The notes beneath the pieces are model-generated. The model saw only the letters and a list, made by a program, of their open reading frames with translations. It was not told where the DNA came from and did no database searches. From a virus (Duplodnaviria > Caudoviricetes), in IMG/VR virus record IMGVR_UViG_3300049730_000183, positions 1 to 26,024 of that record: a DNA stretch of 26,024 nucleotides. One strand, 5' to 3'. A program made the position numbers and the translations under genes. Positions within the stretch are counted from its first letter, which is position 1. The number at the start of each line of letters is the position of its first letter. Positions 18,134 through 25,952 of this stretch are shown piece after piece.

Positions 18134-18543
18134 TGGAAATCATCCATGAAGCACGTGATGCCAAAGACGGCGCAGACCTTGGTCTTCATGCATTCCAGGA
18201 CGTTCTCGTCGGTGAACGTCGGCACGGGACCAGCAATGAGAGGATTAACGAGCAGCGGCGGGTTCTCCGTCAGCGATTTCTGACACGCCTTGCAGGCCTG
18301 ATACGCCCAGGCAGCGAACTGGCCTTTGAAAGCGGGATCGATCGGTTGATTGCTGCGGTCGAAGTAGCTCACCGAGTGCCCGCCACTCGCTGCGCTGGAA
18401 ACACCGCCTCCGGATTCACCGCCACTCAAAGAAGCGCAGGCCTCCTGGGCGAGTTTTTCGCACAGAGTGATGCCTTCGGCCTGGGCTTCTGCATACCAGC
18501 AATCCAACTGTGTGAGGCGTTGATCCTGGGTCAACGTTGGCAC
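18112..18543 (-). CDS. Putative head-completion/adaptor protein (gpW-like position), Cys-rich
   Basis: GTG start; VSSAASGGHSVSY beta-hairpin motif as in gpW-like adaptors; directly before the portal. Confidence 0.65.
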   Translation of the reverse strand: MPTLTQDQRLTQLDCWYAEAQAEGITLCEKLAQEACASLSGGESGGGVSSAASGGHSVSYFDRSNQPIDPAFKGQFAAWAYQACKACQKSLTENPPLLVNPLIAGPVPTFTDENVLECMKTKVCAVFGITCFMDDFQCMRVTA

Positions 18544-18548
18544 GACAA

Positions 18549-18579
18549 ATCATCGCCACGCGCCCAACGTTCAGGGCAA
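18549..18579 (-). promoter_or_regulatory. Possible activator-dependent promoter for the head operon
   Basis: On the minus strand, TTGCCC (18579-18574), 19 nt, GATGAT (18554-18549), then 5 nt to the GTG start; weak match to consensus. Confidence 0.3.
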
Positions 18580-18625
18580 GAGGACGGCTGTGGACCAAAG
18601 TGGACGCACGTGGACGTCCGTGGAC
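18580..18625. repeat. Direct-repeat array with 10-bp period (GTGGAC x4 plus GAGGAC)
   Basis: gaggac at 18580 and gtggac at 18590, 18600, 18610 and 18620, with variable 4-nt spacers, in an intergenic gap. Confidence 0.9.
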
Positions 18626-18631
18626 GCAGAC

Positions 18632-18808
18632 CTAATGACGGGCGCGTGGGCGTGGATGCTTACTCAGCCAGTTCGCAGAGCGCTGAAGCTCATAACGACC
18701 AGCAATATTCGGCATGCCGCGCTTGGTCGCAGCGTAGACGTACTTCGGATGACGACTGAGATGGGCAGCGAGTTCCTTCGCGCTGAGAAGTCGCTGATCT
18801 TGCTTCAT
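18632..18808 (-). CDS. Small winged-helix DNA-binding protein (Nu1-DBD/Xis/MerR-like, 58 aa)
   Basis: LLSAKELAAHLSRHPKYVY...KRGMP...RYE....WL; ATG at 18808, with an alternative start at 18853. Confidence 0.75.
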   Translation of the reverse strand: MKQDQRLLSAKELAAHLSRHPKYVYAATKRGMPNIAGRYELQRSANWLSKHPRPRARH

Positions 18809-18833
18809 GTGGCCGCTCTGCCAACTACCTTTA

Positions 18834-19142
18834 TCAAGAACGATCACCTCCATAAATCAATTTCTCACCCGTCTCCTTTTCATATTCCGCGCGAAACTTT
18901 TCAACCCTGACGCGGTGTTCCTCATCAGTGAGATCGCGACGAAAGATGATTTTGGCACCCAGCGGGTCGATCTCGCGAAACGTAAACTCATCCAGTTCGA
19001 CGGGCATCTCGACTGACCATGTGCTGTCGGGTCGCCACCGCAATGTTACTGTGACGTCCTGCGGTCTCTCCGGCCGGTGCCGGTGAGAAAACTGCATAAG
19101 ATCGGAGGGTTGAATATAAATGGTGATTTTGATCGGCATCAT
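18834..19142 (-). CDS. Hypothetical protein (102 aa)
   Basis: ATG at 19142 (MMPIKITIY), 1 nt after the upstream TAA. Confidence 0.65.
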   Translation of the reverse strand: MMPIKITIYIQPSDLMQFSHRHRPERPQDVTVTLRWRPDSTWSVEMPVELDEFTFREIDPLGAKIIFRRDLTDEEHRVRVEKFRAEYEKETGEKLIYGGDRS

Positions 19143-19143
19143 T

Positions 19144-19401
19144 TTATTGAGTCTCCCGTTTAAAGTTGGGTTGGCCGCGCCGAAGCATGTCGCGCAAAAT
19201 GCGATCGAACGCCAAGCGGCGGAGATCCGGGTCACCGATAGCAGCAGTGGCCTCCTCGGCGTTCTTCACAAAGGCCGGATAAGCGCGCAGGCGCGGCAGA
19301 TTTGGGGTCGGAATGACGATTATGAGCACCAGGATTGTCGCCAGGAACAATCCGGCGCCCGCTGGAAGAAGCGCGCTGAATAGGTCAAATGGACGTTTCA
19401 T
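19144..19401 (-). CDS. Small single-pass membrane protein (85 aa)
   Basis: ATG 3 nt after the MTase stop; hydrophobic segment AGAGLFLATILVLIIVI. Confidence 0.6.
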   Translation of the reverse strand: MKRPFDLFSALLPAGAGLFLATILVLIIVIPTPNLPRLRAYPAFVKNAEEATAAIGDPDLRRLAFDRILRDMLRRGQPNFKRETQ

Positions 19402-19404
19402 GGG

Positions 19405-20415
19405 TTATTTTGATGAATTCGCGGAATTCCTTGTTTTAGGGAGTTTGATCTCGACGCCGATATAATGGCGTCCGAGGGCATTGGCTGCATACCCGGTGGT
19501 GCCGGAACCGTGAAATGGATCGAGGATCGTATCGCCGGCATGACTCGTGGCCTTAACGATTTTCTCGAAGCCCAAAACGGATTGCTGCCATGGATGCTGA
19601 TCCTGGGCTTGATCGCCGTTTTCGATTACGAGCGTGTCATTCAGCGATTCATGCAATCGCGCAAGAGGGGGCTTCTGATAGAGAAGGACCAGCTTCGACG
19701 ATTGATGAACTCCGAGATGATGAAGGAAACGCGTCGCACCGCCGCGCATGTACCAAATCAAGGCGCCACGCCAGCATAACGCGGAATCGGGCATCAGTTT
19801 CAAGAGGCGCGGCAGATAGAAAGTTCCGGCGAGGACAGCCAGCCAGGCTCCCGGTTTCAGAACCCGGACGGCGAGCGCATAAAGCTGTTCATGGAGGTCA
19901 AGATTTTTCGACTGATATGGCGGATCGGTGATTAGAGCGGCGATCGATTCAGATGGAACATCGGATTCATCGAGATCGCGCATGTCCATATGCAGGATGC
20001 GGGAATCGACGTGATTATTAGCGACTGCTTCCTTTGCGCGGGCTTCAACCTTGGCACGAGCGGCATTCTCGCGCTTCAGCCGACGCAAATCATGGCGAAT
20101 TTGCGTTGGATGAAGCTGCTTTAGTTCTGGAACTAAAGGAGAAACATCGGACCATGATTCTGCAAGCCATTTGGCATTGGATCGATCTACAGTGTGCAGA
20201 CGTTTCCCATTCAGAACGTCAAGCTCATTCTCGATAATCCATTGGCCGAAGAGCTTATCTGACAGGAATTGATTTCTACCTTCAGCAAGCAACTCTCCAT
20301 ATCGACGCCAGTTTTCCAAGGCATCGCTCATCCCGGATTCAATCCGATGGAGCGCCGCCCTCATCTCGACGGCGATTTCGCTAAGAGGCCGTTCAACGAT
20401 TACGAGAGACGACAT
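19405..20415 (-). CDS. Amino-DNA methyltransferase (N6/N4, beta-class order) with N-terminal helical domain
   Basis: Motif IV ITDPPY, RVLKPGA, motif I ILDPFHGSGTTG, and HYIGVEI. The N-terminal YGELLAEGR...FGQWI resembles DUF3102-like phage domains. Confidence 0.9.
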   Translation of the reverse strand: MSSLVIVERPLSEIAVEMRAALHRIESGMSDALENWRRYGELLAEGRNQFLSDKLFGQWIIENELDVLNGKRLHTVDRSNAKWLAESWSDVSPLVPELKQLHPTQIRHDLRRLKRENAARAKVEARAKEAVANNHVDSRILHMDMRDLDESDVPSESIAALITDPPYQSKNLDLHEQLYALAVRVLKPGAWLAVLAGTFYLPRLLKLMPDSALCWRGALIWYMRGGATRFLHHLGVHQSSKLVLLYQKPPLARLHESLNDTLVIENGDQAQDQHPWQQSVLGFEKIVKATSHAGDTILDPFHGSGTTGYAANALGRHYIGVEIKLPKTRNSANSSK

Positions 20416-21935
20416 GGCGAGAGGAGCATGCGAGAACGCATCAGAGACGGTACACCAAACAGGTCCAGCAGCATTTCGCCAGGACGGAGCGTCTGCGCTT
20501 CGTTCTCGACATCGAATCGGACAGTCGGCAGCGCTTCCTTCAAGACCTTCGGGTGCTTGTGTCGCCCAGCCATGAAGGAATTGAGGTTATGACGAATTTC
20601 CTGCGGAATATCGCCCGCATTCTGCACCGACACGACGAACGCAATTCCACGGGAGCGCCCCTTACGGATATGCTCATTCAAACTCGATACCGCACGTGAG
20701 CGAAAATCTCTGTTGGGATGGCAGAAGATGTCGGCAGCCTCATCAACGAGATTCAACAATTTGGGAGAGCACGCCGCCCTTAATCTCAGTTCGGCCTGGC
20801 GTCGCAGGAAGTTGTCCAGGAAGAGGGCATAGGACCTGGGATCAGCGTCGGCAATCCGTATCACGACGTTGCCTCCGGCCCTCAGGTCATCAAGCGGGTC
20901 GCGCGTGATTGCGGCGGGCCTAGCGCCCGCCAGAGGCCCTCGCCTACGAGTGGCAGGATTCCTGATCCAATCGAAGATACGGCCCGGCATGTGCAGTTTC
21001 CGATGGACCGCTTCCCATGTCCGAGGATTGATATTTACCCTGATAGTCAGTCTCGCCTCCATAGCTGGCGCTTCCGGCAGAATCCAGTCCATGAAGTCCT
21101 CGATGTGCCAGTTCGGGTCTGGTCTGCTGTTCGCAAAATCGAGAAGAACAAACTCAGCAATCTCAGCCTGCCTTTCTTCGCCGTTGCGATGGAAGATTGC
21201 CCACGCGAGGAGGCTTGGGTCCAACTGCCCGGCCGGAATGTAAATTGGTGATCCACGCCCTCCCTCGCCCAGACTATAGAAACTCACATGGGCAAGACCG
21301 GAAGGATCAGCTACAGCCAGTGACGAGGCCTCATCAACAGATTGATAATCCGGCTTGAGATCATAAATGATGTTGGCTCTTCCGAGATCGTTCGAGACTT
21401 TGAGCAGGCGGCCACAGCTTTGCGTCTTCCCTGAACCGGTTGAACCGGCGACCCCGATATGATGATCGAGTTGCCAATCATCCAGAGTTACCGGTATCGG
21501 CGTCCCTGGATTATCAAGGACTCCAATGGGATGCGTGCCCCTCATGTCGAGGGCATCGTGGACAGTGTGAGCATCTGCAACTCTGGCACGCGAGCCAGCC
21601 AATGGTCGCGTAAGGGCCGATTGCAACCCGTTCTCACCGATTACGCCAAGCACCTGAGCCCGATAGCATCCAAGCTGCGAAAGGTGTGAATCCAGGGCAT
21701 AATCGCCATCGAGTGTTTTAATCATACACTGAAGCGATTGCGCATCCGTAGGGGCTTCTGCGCTTGGATTGATATTCAATTGGGGGCTCAAGGTTTGAGC
21801 GAAGTACCGCTTGGAGTTATCTTGAATCACGAGATAACTCAGCGACGGAATCTCCTGGCATCTGGCAAGCAATCGAACATCAGTAGAGTTGCTCTTTGCG
21901 TCATCAGCCAGTTGGATCAATTCTGTATTATTCAT
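20400..21935 (-). CDS. herA: HerA/FtsK-superfamily ATPase (DUF87) with N-terminal HAS-barrel-like region
   Basis: HHIGVAGSTGSGKT (Walker A), IIYDLKPDY, LVDEA (Walker B), RKGRSRGI (Arg finger), SVQ sensor and LRPGE; ATGA-coupled to the NurA-like gene. Confidence 0.92.
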   Translation of the reverse strand: MNNTELIQLADDAKSNSTDVRLLARCQEIPSLSYLVIQDNSKRYFAQTLSPQLNINPSAEAPTDAQSLQCMIKTLDGDYALDSHLSQLGCYRAQVLGVIGENGLQSALTRPLAGSRARVADAHTVHDALDMRGTHPIGVLDNPGTPIPVTLDDWQLDHHIGVAGSTGSGKTQSCGRLLKVSNDLGRANIIYDLKPDYQSVDEASSLAVADPSGLAHVSFYSLGEGGRGSPIYIPAGQLDPSLLAWAIFHRNGEERQAEIAEFVLLDFANSRPDPNWHIEDFMDWILPEAPAMEARLTIRVNINPRTWEAVHRKLHMPGRIFDWIRNPATRRRGPLAGARPAAITRDPLDDLRAGGNVVIRIADADPRSYALFLDNFLRRQAELRLRAACSPKLLNLVDEAADIFCHPNRDFRSRAVSSLNEHIRKGRSRGIAFVVSVQNAGDIPQEIRHNLNSFMAGRHKHPKVLKEALPTVRFDVENEAQTLRPGEMLLDLFGVPSLMRSRMLLSPCRLS

Positions 21936-23020
21936 CGGCAGTCCCTTTCATCGCGCGTAGCGCAGTAGATGTCGGTTTCGTTCTGGAAAATTGCCGCACG
22001 TATCGGCTCGGTGATCTGGTGGGGAAAACTCATTCCGCGCACTTTGCTGTCCGCCAATTGTGCTAAAGCTGGAATCTCATGGTCCTGGATCATTGAGGGA
22101 TCGTGCAGGAGGATCGCCAACGCCGTAGGGATATAATCTTCACCACATTCAATAACGTGATGACGGGCTTTTAACCGATACACGACGCGGACCCACGAAT
22201 CGCTTGCATTGATCCAATTTATGGCACCACCGCCGCTTTTACTCCCTTGGAAACGCTCCGCCATCAGGCCTCGCCAATCCCTGCATACCCAAAACTCGCC
22301 AGGGATTAAGGAGAGACCGACCATATCGAGAATGGAACTTGTACGGTCGTTTTTGATGAACCCGATGAGTTGATGGAGTCGATCCATCATCGCATCGAGC
22401 ATTTTCGCCGCAGGGTATTGACCGGAATCCGGATCCTTGTTCCCAGCCTGGGTCAGAAGATTTTGCGTGAATAACGGACCATCGATGAGGACAATGTCTG
22501 CCCGTTGCGCGTCGATCAGCTCGAGTGCCTTCTGGCGTTCAAGGTATTCCCGGAAGGTCCGTGTCCAACTGTCCTCGGTTTGCCGTACCGCATCGAGGTG
22601 CTTCGCGAGATCGAGAAGGTTGTCACGATCAATCCATAGCCGATCTGTAATATCGTGACTTAAAGTCTGGGTTTGATGGGTTTCTACGGGTTCCTGTTGC
22701 CGCGCACATACTGCGGCAATCGTGCACGCATAGACTGATGACGCGGCAAGATGCACCTCATAGGCTTTAGAGCCATCAACAGCCCAGACGCGTCCCGCAC
22801 GATAGAGCTCTGCAACATGTTCGCGGAACGGGGCTGCAGTAACCTCGATTCTCGCGATGGGATATTCTGCTTCGGCCAAACGCCGTATCTCCGCCAACAG
22901 TTCGGTCCGAACCCTTTGGTTCTCCGGGATCGTGGCCGCGATTAATCCTGGTGCCGGATAGATCTCGGTGATGTCTCTGGCATGACTTAATGACTCAATG
23001 AATGGAGATTTGGTTCTCAT
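21932..23020 (-). CDS. nurA: NurA-family nuclease (RNase H-like fold)
   Basis: VWAVDGS, REYLE, IVLIDGPL, IGFIK and C-terminal IPALAQLAD motifs in NurA order; directly upstream of herA. Confidence 0.85.
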   Translation of the reverse strand: MRTKSPFIESLSHARDITEIYPAPGLIAATIPENQRVRTELLAEIRRLAEAEYPIARIEVTAAPFREHVAELYRAGRVWAVDGSKAYEVHLAASSVYACTIAAVCARQQEPVETHQTQTLSHDITDRLWIDRDNLLDLAKHLDAVRQTEDSWTRTFREYLERQKALELIDAQRADIVLIDGPLFTQNLLTQAGNKDPDSGQYPAAKMLDAMMDRLHQLIGFIKNDRTSSILDMVGLSLIPGEFWVCRDWRGLMAERFQGSKSGGGAINWINASDSWVRVVYRLKARHHVIECGEDYIPTALAILLHDPSMIQDHEIPALAQLADSKVRGMSFPHQITEPIRAAIFQNETDIYCATRDERDCR

Positions 23021-23111
23021 ACTGTAGGCGACGAAAGAAGGGACCTACAGTGAGATGAATGAGAGCTATTCTAGAAGTATTCATCGGTGCTGGACCCTTC
23101 ACAGGTCGTGG
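23021..23111 (-). promoter_or_regulatory. Structured 5' leader of the nurA-herA-MTase operon
   Basis: Inverted repeats at 23021-23028/23044-23051 (8 bp), 23054-23060/23079-23085 (7 bp) and 23093-23096/23104-23107, plus alternative pairing 23037-23045/23092-23100. Confidence 0.5.
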
Positions 23112-23117
23112 GACGGG

Positions 23118-23160
23118 CTAATAGTCGACGCTGCCTTCATTGTCAAGGAACTTTTTCTTA
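23118..23160 (-). promoter_or_regulatory. Sigma70-like promoter for the accessory operon
   Basis: Perfect TTGACA (23146-23141), 17-nt spacer, TATTAG (23123-23118, 4/6 match), with an upstream A-tract TAAGAAAAAG. Confidence 0.6.
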
Positions 23161-23198
23161 AATGGTTGCAGGGCGCAGAGCCGGCGCAATCACTTCGC

Positions 23199-25040
23199 TC
23201 ATTCCGTCTGCCCGCGCTTCCACGCCAGGCGCCGGTGCGCCATCGCCCAGGGCAGCTGCATGATCTCGCAGTCCAGGATGTGGTCGGGCCATTTGCTGGA
23301 GCGCAAAACCCAGCGATGTTCGACGCGACCGGTGCGCGGCGATGAGAACGGCTTGAGCACTTTGGCGTCCATCTGCCGCCGATATTCATCCTCAGAAACC
23401 AGAACCGCCCCTGGGGTTTTTGTTCCGATCGGGAATTCCTGGAGTTCCCACCGTTCACCGGTCATCCGACGCCGCAGCCGCCAGAGAATATCGAGGAAGT
23501 AATCGGAGGCGAACTCGAGGAGCGGCAGGTGGATGCGTCGGTTCGGCGGGACGGCAGCGCTGCCATAGAAGAAGGGTGAATGCTGGCCCGTACGTCTGTC
23601 GATCCATTGCATCGCCCGATCGCGGCCCTTGCCTGGAATCCAGCCGATGGAGGTGGGAAGTCCAACATTTCGGTTCGTCGGCTTCCCCCAGCGGAGGCAG
23701 TGTTCGTAAACGTCGGCGGTGCGGTGTCCGGAATCGATGAGAACGTGGTGATCCAAAACACCGTGGACTTCCTGGAGGCGCCTAATTGTTTCCCAATCGT
23801 CGGCGTGTGCTGCAGCGATAAGGCGCGAATCCCCCATTTTGCTCCATGACCGGATGACGATCCAGAAGTATGGACTCACGGCCTGGACATCGACCGTCAT
23901 CAACGGAACGGATTCTGGAAGCGCCGGCGCGTCGGGTGGTGAGATGAGTTCCACGCGTTCCTGTCTGCTTTCCTGGTTTTCCCAGGGTTCAGCAAGGTAA
24001 CCGTTGATCCAGGATTGCAGGCCCAGGAGGGAATCTTTGTCCTGGAGGAACCGCACGCAAAGGGAACCCCAGAAACATTTGCGGTCGGGAGAATAAAGGC
24101 TGGAGAGCTGGTAACTGCGTTCGCCCTGGAGCGCGCCTTGATTGGTGGCGCGCCATTCGCCTCTGCGCATCATCAACAATTTCTGCGAATCGTTGATCGC
24201 CGTCTTGCAGTGCTGACATTCATAGCGCGCGCTTGCGCGCACGCGTGCCATGTCCCAGGTGCCGTCAGAAAGCTTCGCGCCCTGGTCCCACTTCACGTTC
24301 GCCCAATCAAGCGTGATGAATGTTCTGCAGTGAATGCAGGGCAGAAAGAAGCGGCGCCGGTCGCCACGCAGGTAGCGCTGCCAGATTTCGCCTTCAACTA
24401 TCGTGGGCGATGAGGATCGGAATATCTTCGACGAAGAATAGGCCTTGGTTCGTTGTTCCGCCAGATCCAGGGCCGCAGCCTCGCGCTCGGTCGCGCGCGC
24501 GAACTTGTCGATCTCATCGGCCACGAGGATGCGAACCGGTCTGCTGGAGAGTTGCGCGGGACTGTTCGAACCCGAGAAATTGATCGTCGCGCGAAGGAAA
24601 TGCTGCTCGAGGTTGGTAAACTTCTGACTGCGATCCGGCAGTTCCGCCCGCAACGCTGCGGAATCCTGAACAAAAGGTTGCCACCGGGTTTTAGAGAAAC
24701 TGCGCGCCAGATCCGTGTTCGGCAGAATCCAGAGGCAAGGCGAAGGCGCATTGACCAGGGACCAACCGACACCAGCCATAAAAAGTGTCGTTTTCCCGGT
24801 CTGCGTCCCGAAGCAGAGTGTGACCTCATCGACGCCCGGTTGTTTGAACCCTTCCAGGGGTTCGCGCATGTAAGGACGTTGTCCAACGGAAAATGGTCCA
24901 GCCTGTTCGCTTTGCCGTTCGCCCAACCACAGATTGCCCTCGCACCAATCGGTGACCGTTTCATCCGGGAGCGGGGCGTAAAGAGACCGGCGAAATTCGA
25001 GGACGGCTTCCTGCTCTGCGGTCAGGAGCTCAGTCACCAT
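23199..25040 (-). CDS. terL: Terminase large subunit, lambda GpA family
   Basis: PYMREP, GTQTGKT (Walker A), LVADEID (Walker B), SSPT, two CxxC pairs (PCIHC, YECQHC), and nuclease motifs TVDVQ, IDSGH and DHILDC. Confidence 0.96.
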   Translation of the reverse strand: MVTELLTAEQEAVLEFRRSLYAPLPDETVTDWCEGNLWLGERQSEQAGPFSVGQRPYMREPLEGFKQPGVDEVTLCFGTQTGKTTLFMAGVGWSLVNAPSPCLWILPNTDLARSFSKTRWQPFVQDSAALRAELPDRSQKFTNLEQHFLRATINFSGSNSPAQLSSRPVRILVADEIDKFARATEREAAALDLAEQRTKAYSSSKIFRSSSPTIVEGEIWQRYLRGDRRRFFLPCIHCRTFITLDWANVKWDQGAKLSDGTWDMARVRASARYECQHCKTAINDSQKLLMMRRGEWRATNQGALQGERSYQLSSLYSPDRKCFWGSLCVRFLQDKDSLLGLQSWINGYLAEPWENQESRQERVELISPPDAPALPESVPLMTVDVQAVSPYFWIVIRSWSKMGDSRLIAAAHADDWETIRRLQEVHGVLDHHVLIDSGHRTADVYEHCLRWGKPTNRNVGLPTSIGWIPGKGRDRAMQWIDRRTGQHSPFFYGSAAVPPNRRIHLPLLEFASDYFLDILWRLRRRMTGERWELQEFPIGTKTPGAVLVSEDEYRRQMDAKVLKPFSSPRTGRVEHRWVLRSSKWPDHILDCEIMQLPWAMAHRRLAWKRGQTE

Positions 25041-25324
25041 TCGGTTCTAACGCTTGCGGTGATGCCTTTGGCCTCCAATTCCCCCCTGATGAAACTGTGA
25101 AGGATGGTGTCATCCGGTGCGGCTTCTTCGATCCAGACTTCCCATTGTTCCCACCGCCCCCGCCCATCACTGCAGACACACCAGGAAACGTTAAGACAGT
25201 GCAGATCCGCAAGATTGGCGCAGCAAGCTAAACGCTCAGCCGTCGCCTTTTGGCAGGCGGCCTCTGCTGCTTCCTGGATGCGGGTAAACTCGGACGCGTC
25301 AGGGCTCATTTCCGTTGGTGGCAT
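25034..25324 (-). CDS. Hypothetical protein between terminase subunits (96 aa)
   Basis: Overlaps both the terS stop and the terL start; WEVWIEEAAPD...ITASVRTEW looks like a real globular domain. Confidence 0.65.
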   Translation of the reverse strand: MPPTEMSPDASEFTRIQEAAEAACQKATAERLACCANLADLHCLNVSWCVCSDGRGRWEQWEVWIEEAAPDDTILHSFIRGELEAKGITASVRTEW

Positions 25325-25952
25325 GCAGGGTCTTGAGGAATTGGTCGCTCCAGATACTCAATTCGCGTTCGACCTGGTCGATAGGCTGATCCGCGACCCG
25401 CGCAGCCAGCCGGCGCGGCATGGCGCGGATCTCGTTGGCCAGGATGCTGTCATGTTCGGCCATCTGCCGGCGAACCCATGCACCGGGCAGTAACTTGCGC
25501 TCCCGTTCGGCGGCCGCCAGGTAGATGACACGTGCGTCCAGGAGATTGCGGGCGGCATCCTTGTGCACGCGGAGGATCGATTGGGCTCCACCAGGATCCT
25601 TCTCGAGCGCGGCATTGAGCTGCTGACGGGCCAGACGCTCGATCTGGTCGAACGCCAGGAAGAGCTCGTCCGGCGTGCTTCCAGGAACGATTTCCGCGAT
25701 GGCCGGTTTTTCAGATACGCCGGCAGGAATGGCCCGCGCTGGAGCTACGCCAGCGGTAGGCGCGTTTTCTTGAGGTAGGTGGGCAGAGACAGCGGGGCCA
25801 GAATTCCGCGGCCGGTGGGGCGCACGGCGATTTTGCAGAAGCCAAGCCCTGGCGGCATCCACCCCCTGATCCGTCGGCATTCCCCGCCGCTTATGCTTCA
25901 GGACGATCGGGGCCGATAGGCCAAGCAATTGCCCCAGAGCTTTCAGGGTCAT
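25299..25952 (-). CDS. terS: Terminase small subunit (Nu1-like)
   Basis: N-terminal HTH (TLKALGQLLGLS...RRGMP...ARAWL) and a C-terminal helical region (ERERKLLP...IRAMPRRLA); located upstream of the GpA-type terL. Confidence 0.8.
   Translation of the reverse strand: MTLKALGQLLGLSAPIVLKHKRRGMPTDQGVDAARAWLLQNRRAPHRPRNSGPAVSAHLPQENAPTAGVAPARAIPAGVSEKPAIAEIVPGSTPDELFLAFDQIERLARQQLNAALEKDPGGAQSILRVHKDAARNLLDARVIYLAAAERERKLLPGAWVRRQMAEHDSILANEIRAMPRRLAARVADQPIDQVERELSIWSDQFLKTLHATNGNEP

Noticed and set aside
18580-18625. Repeat array as a CRISPR or mini-array
   Set aside because: 6-bp repeats with 4-bp spacers are far too short, and no cas genes are present.
23055-23345. Plus-strand 96 aa ORF with an AAGAAGGGA SD-like sequence
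   Set aside because: It is antisense to the terL end and the promoter, with no recognisable protein features; the purine run is explained by the leader stems.
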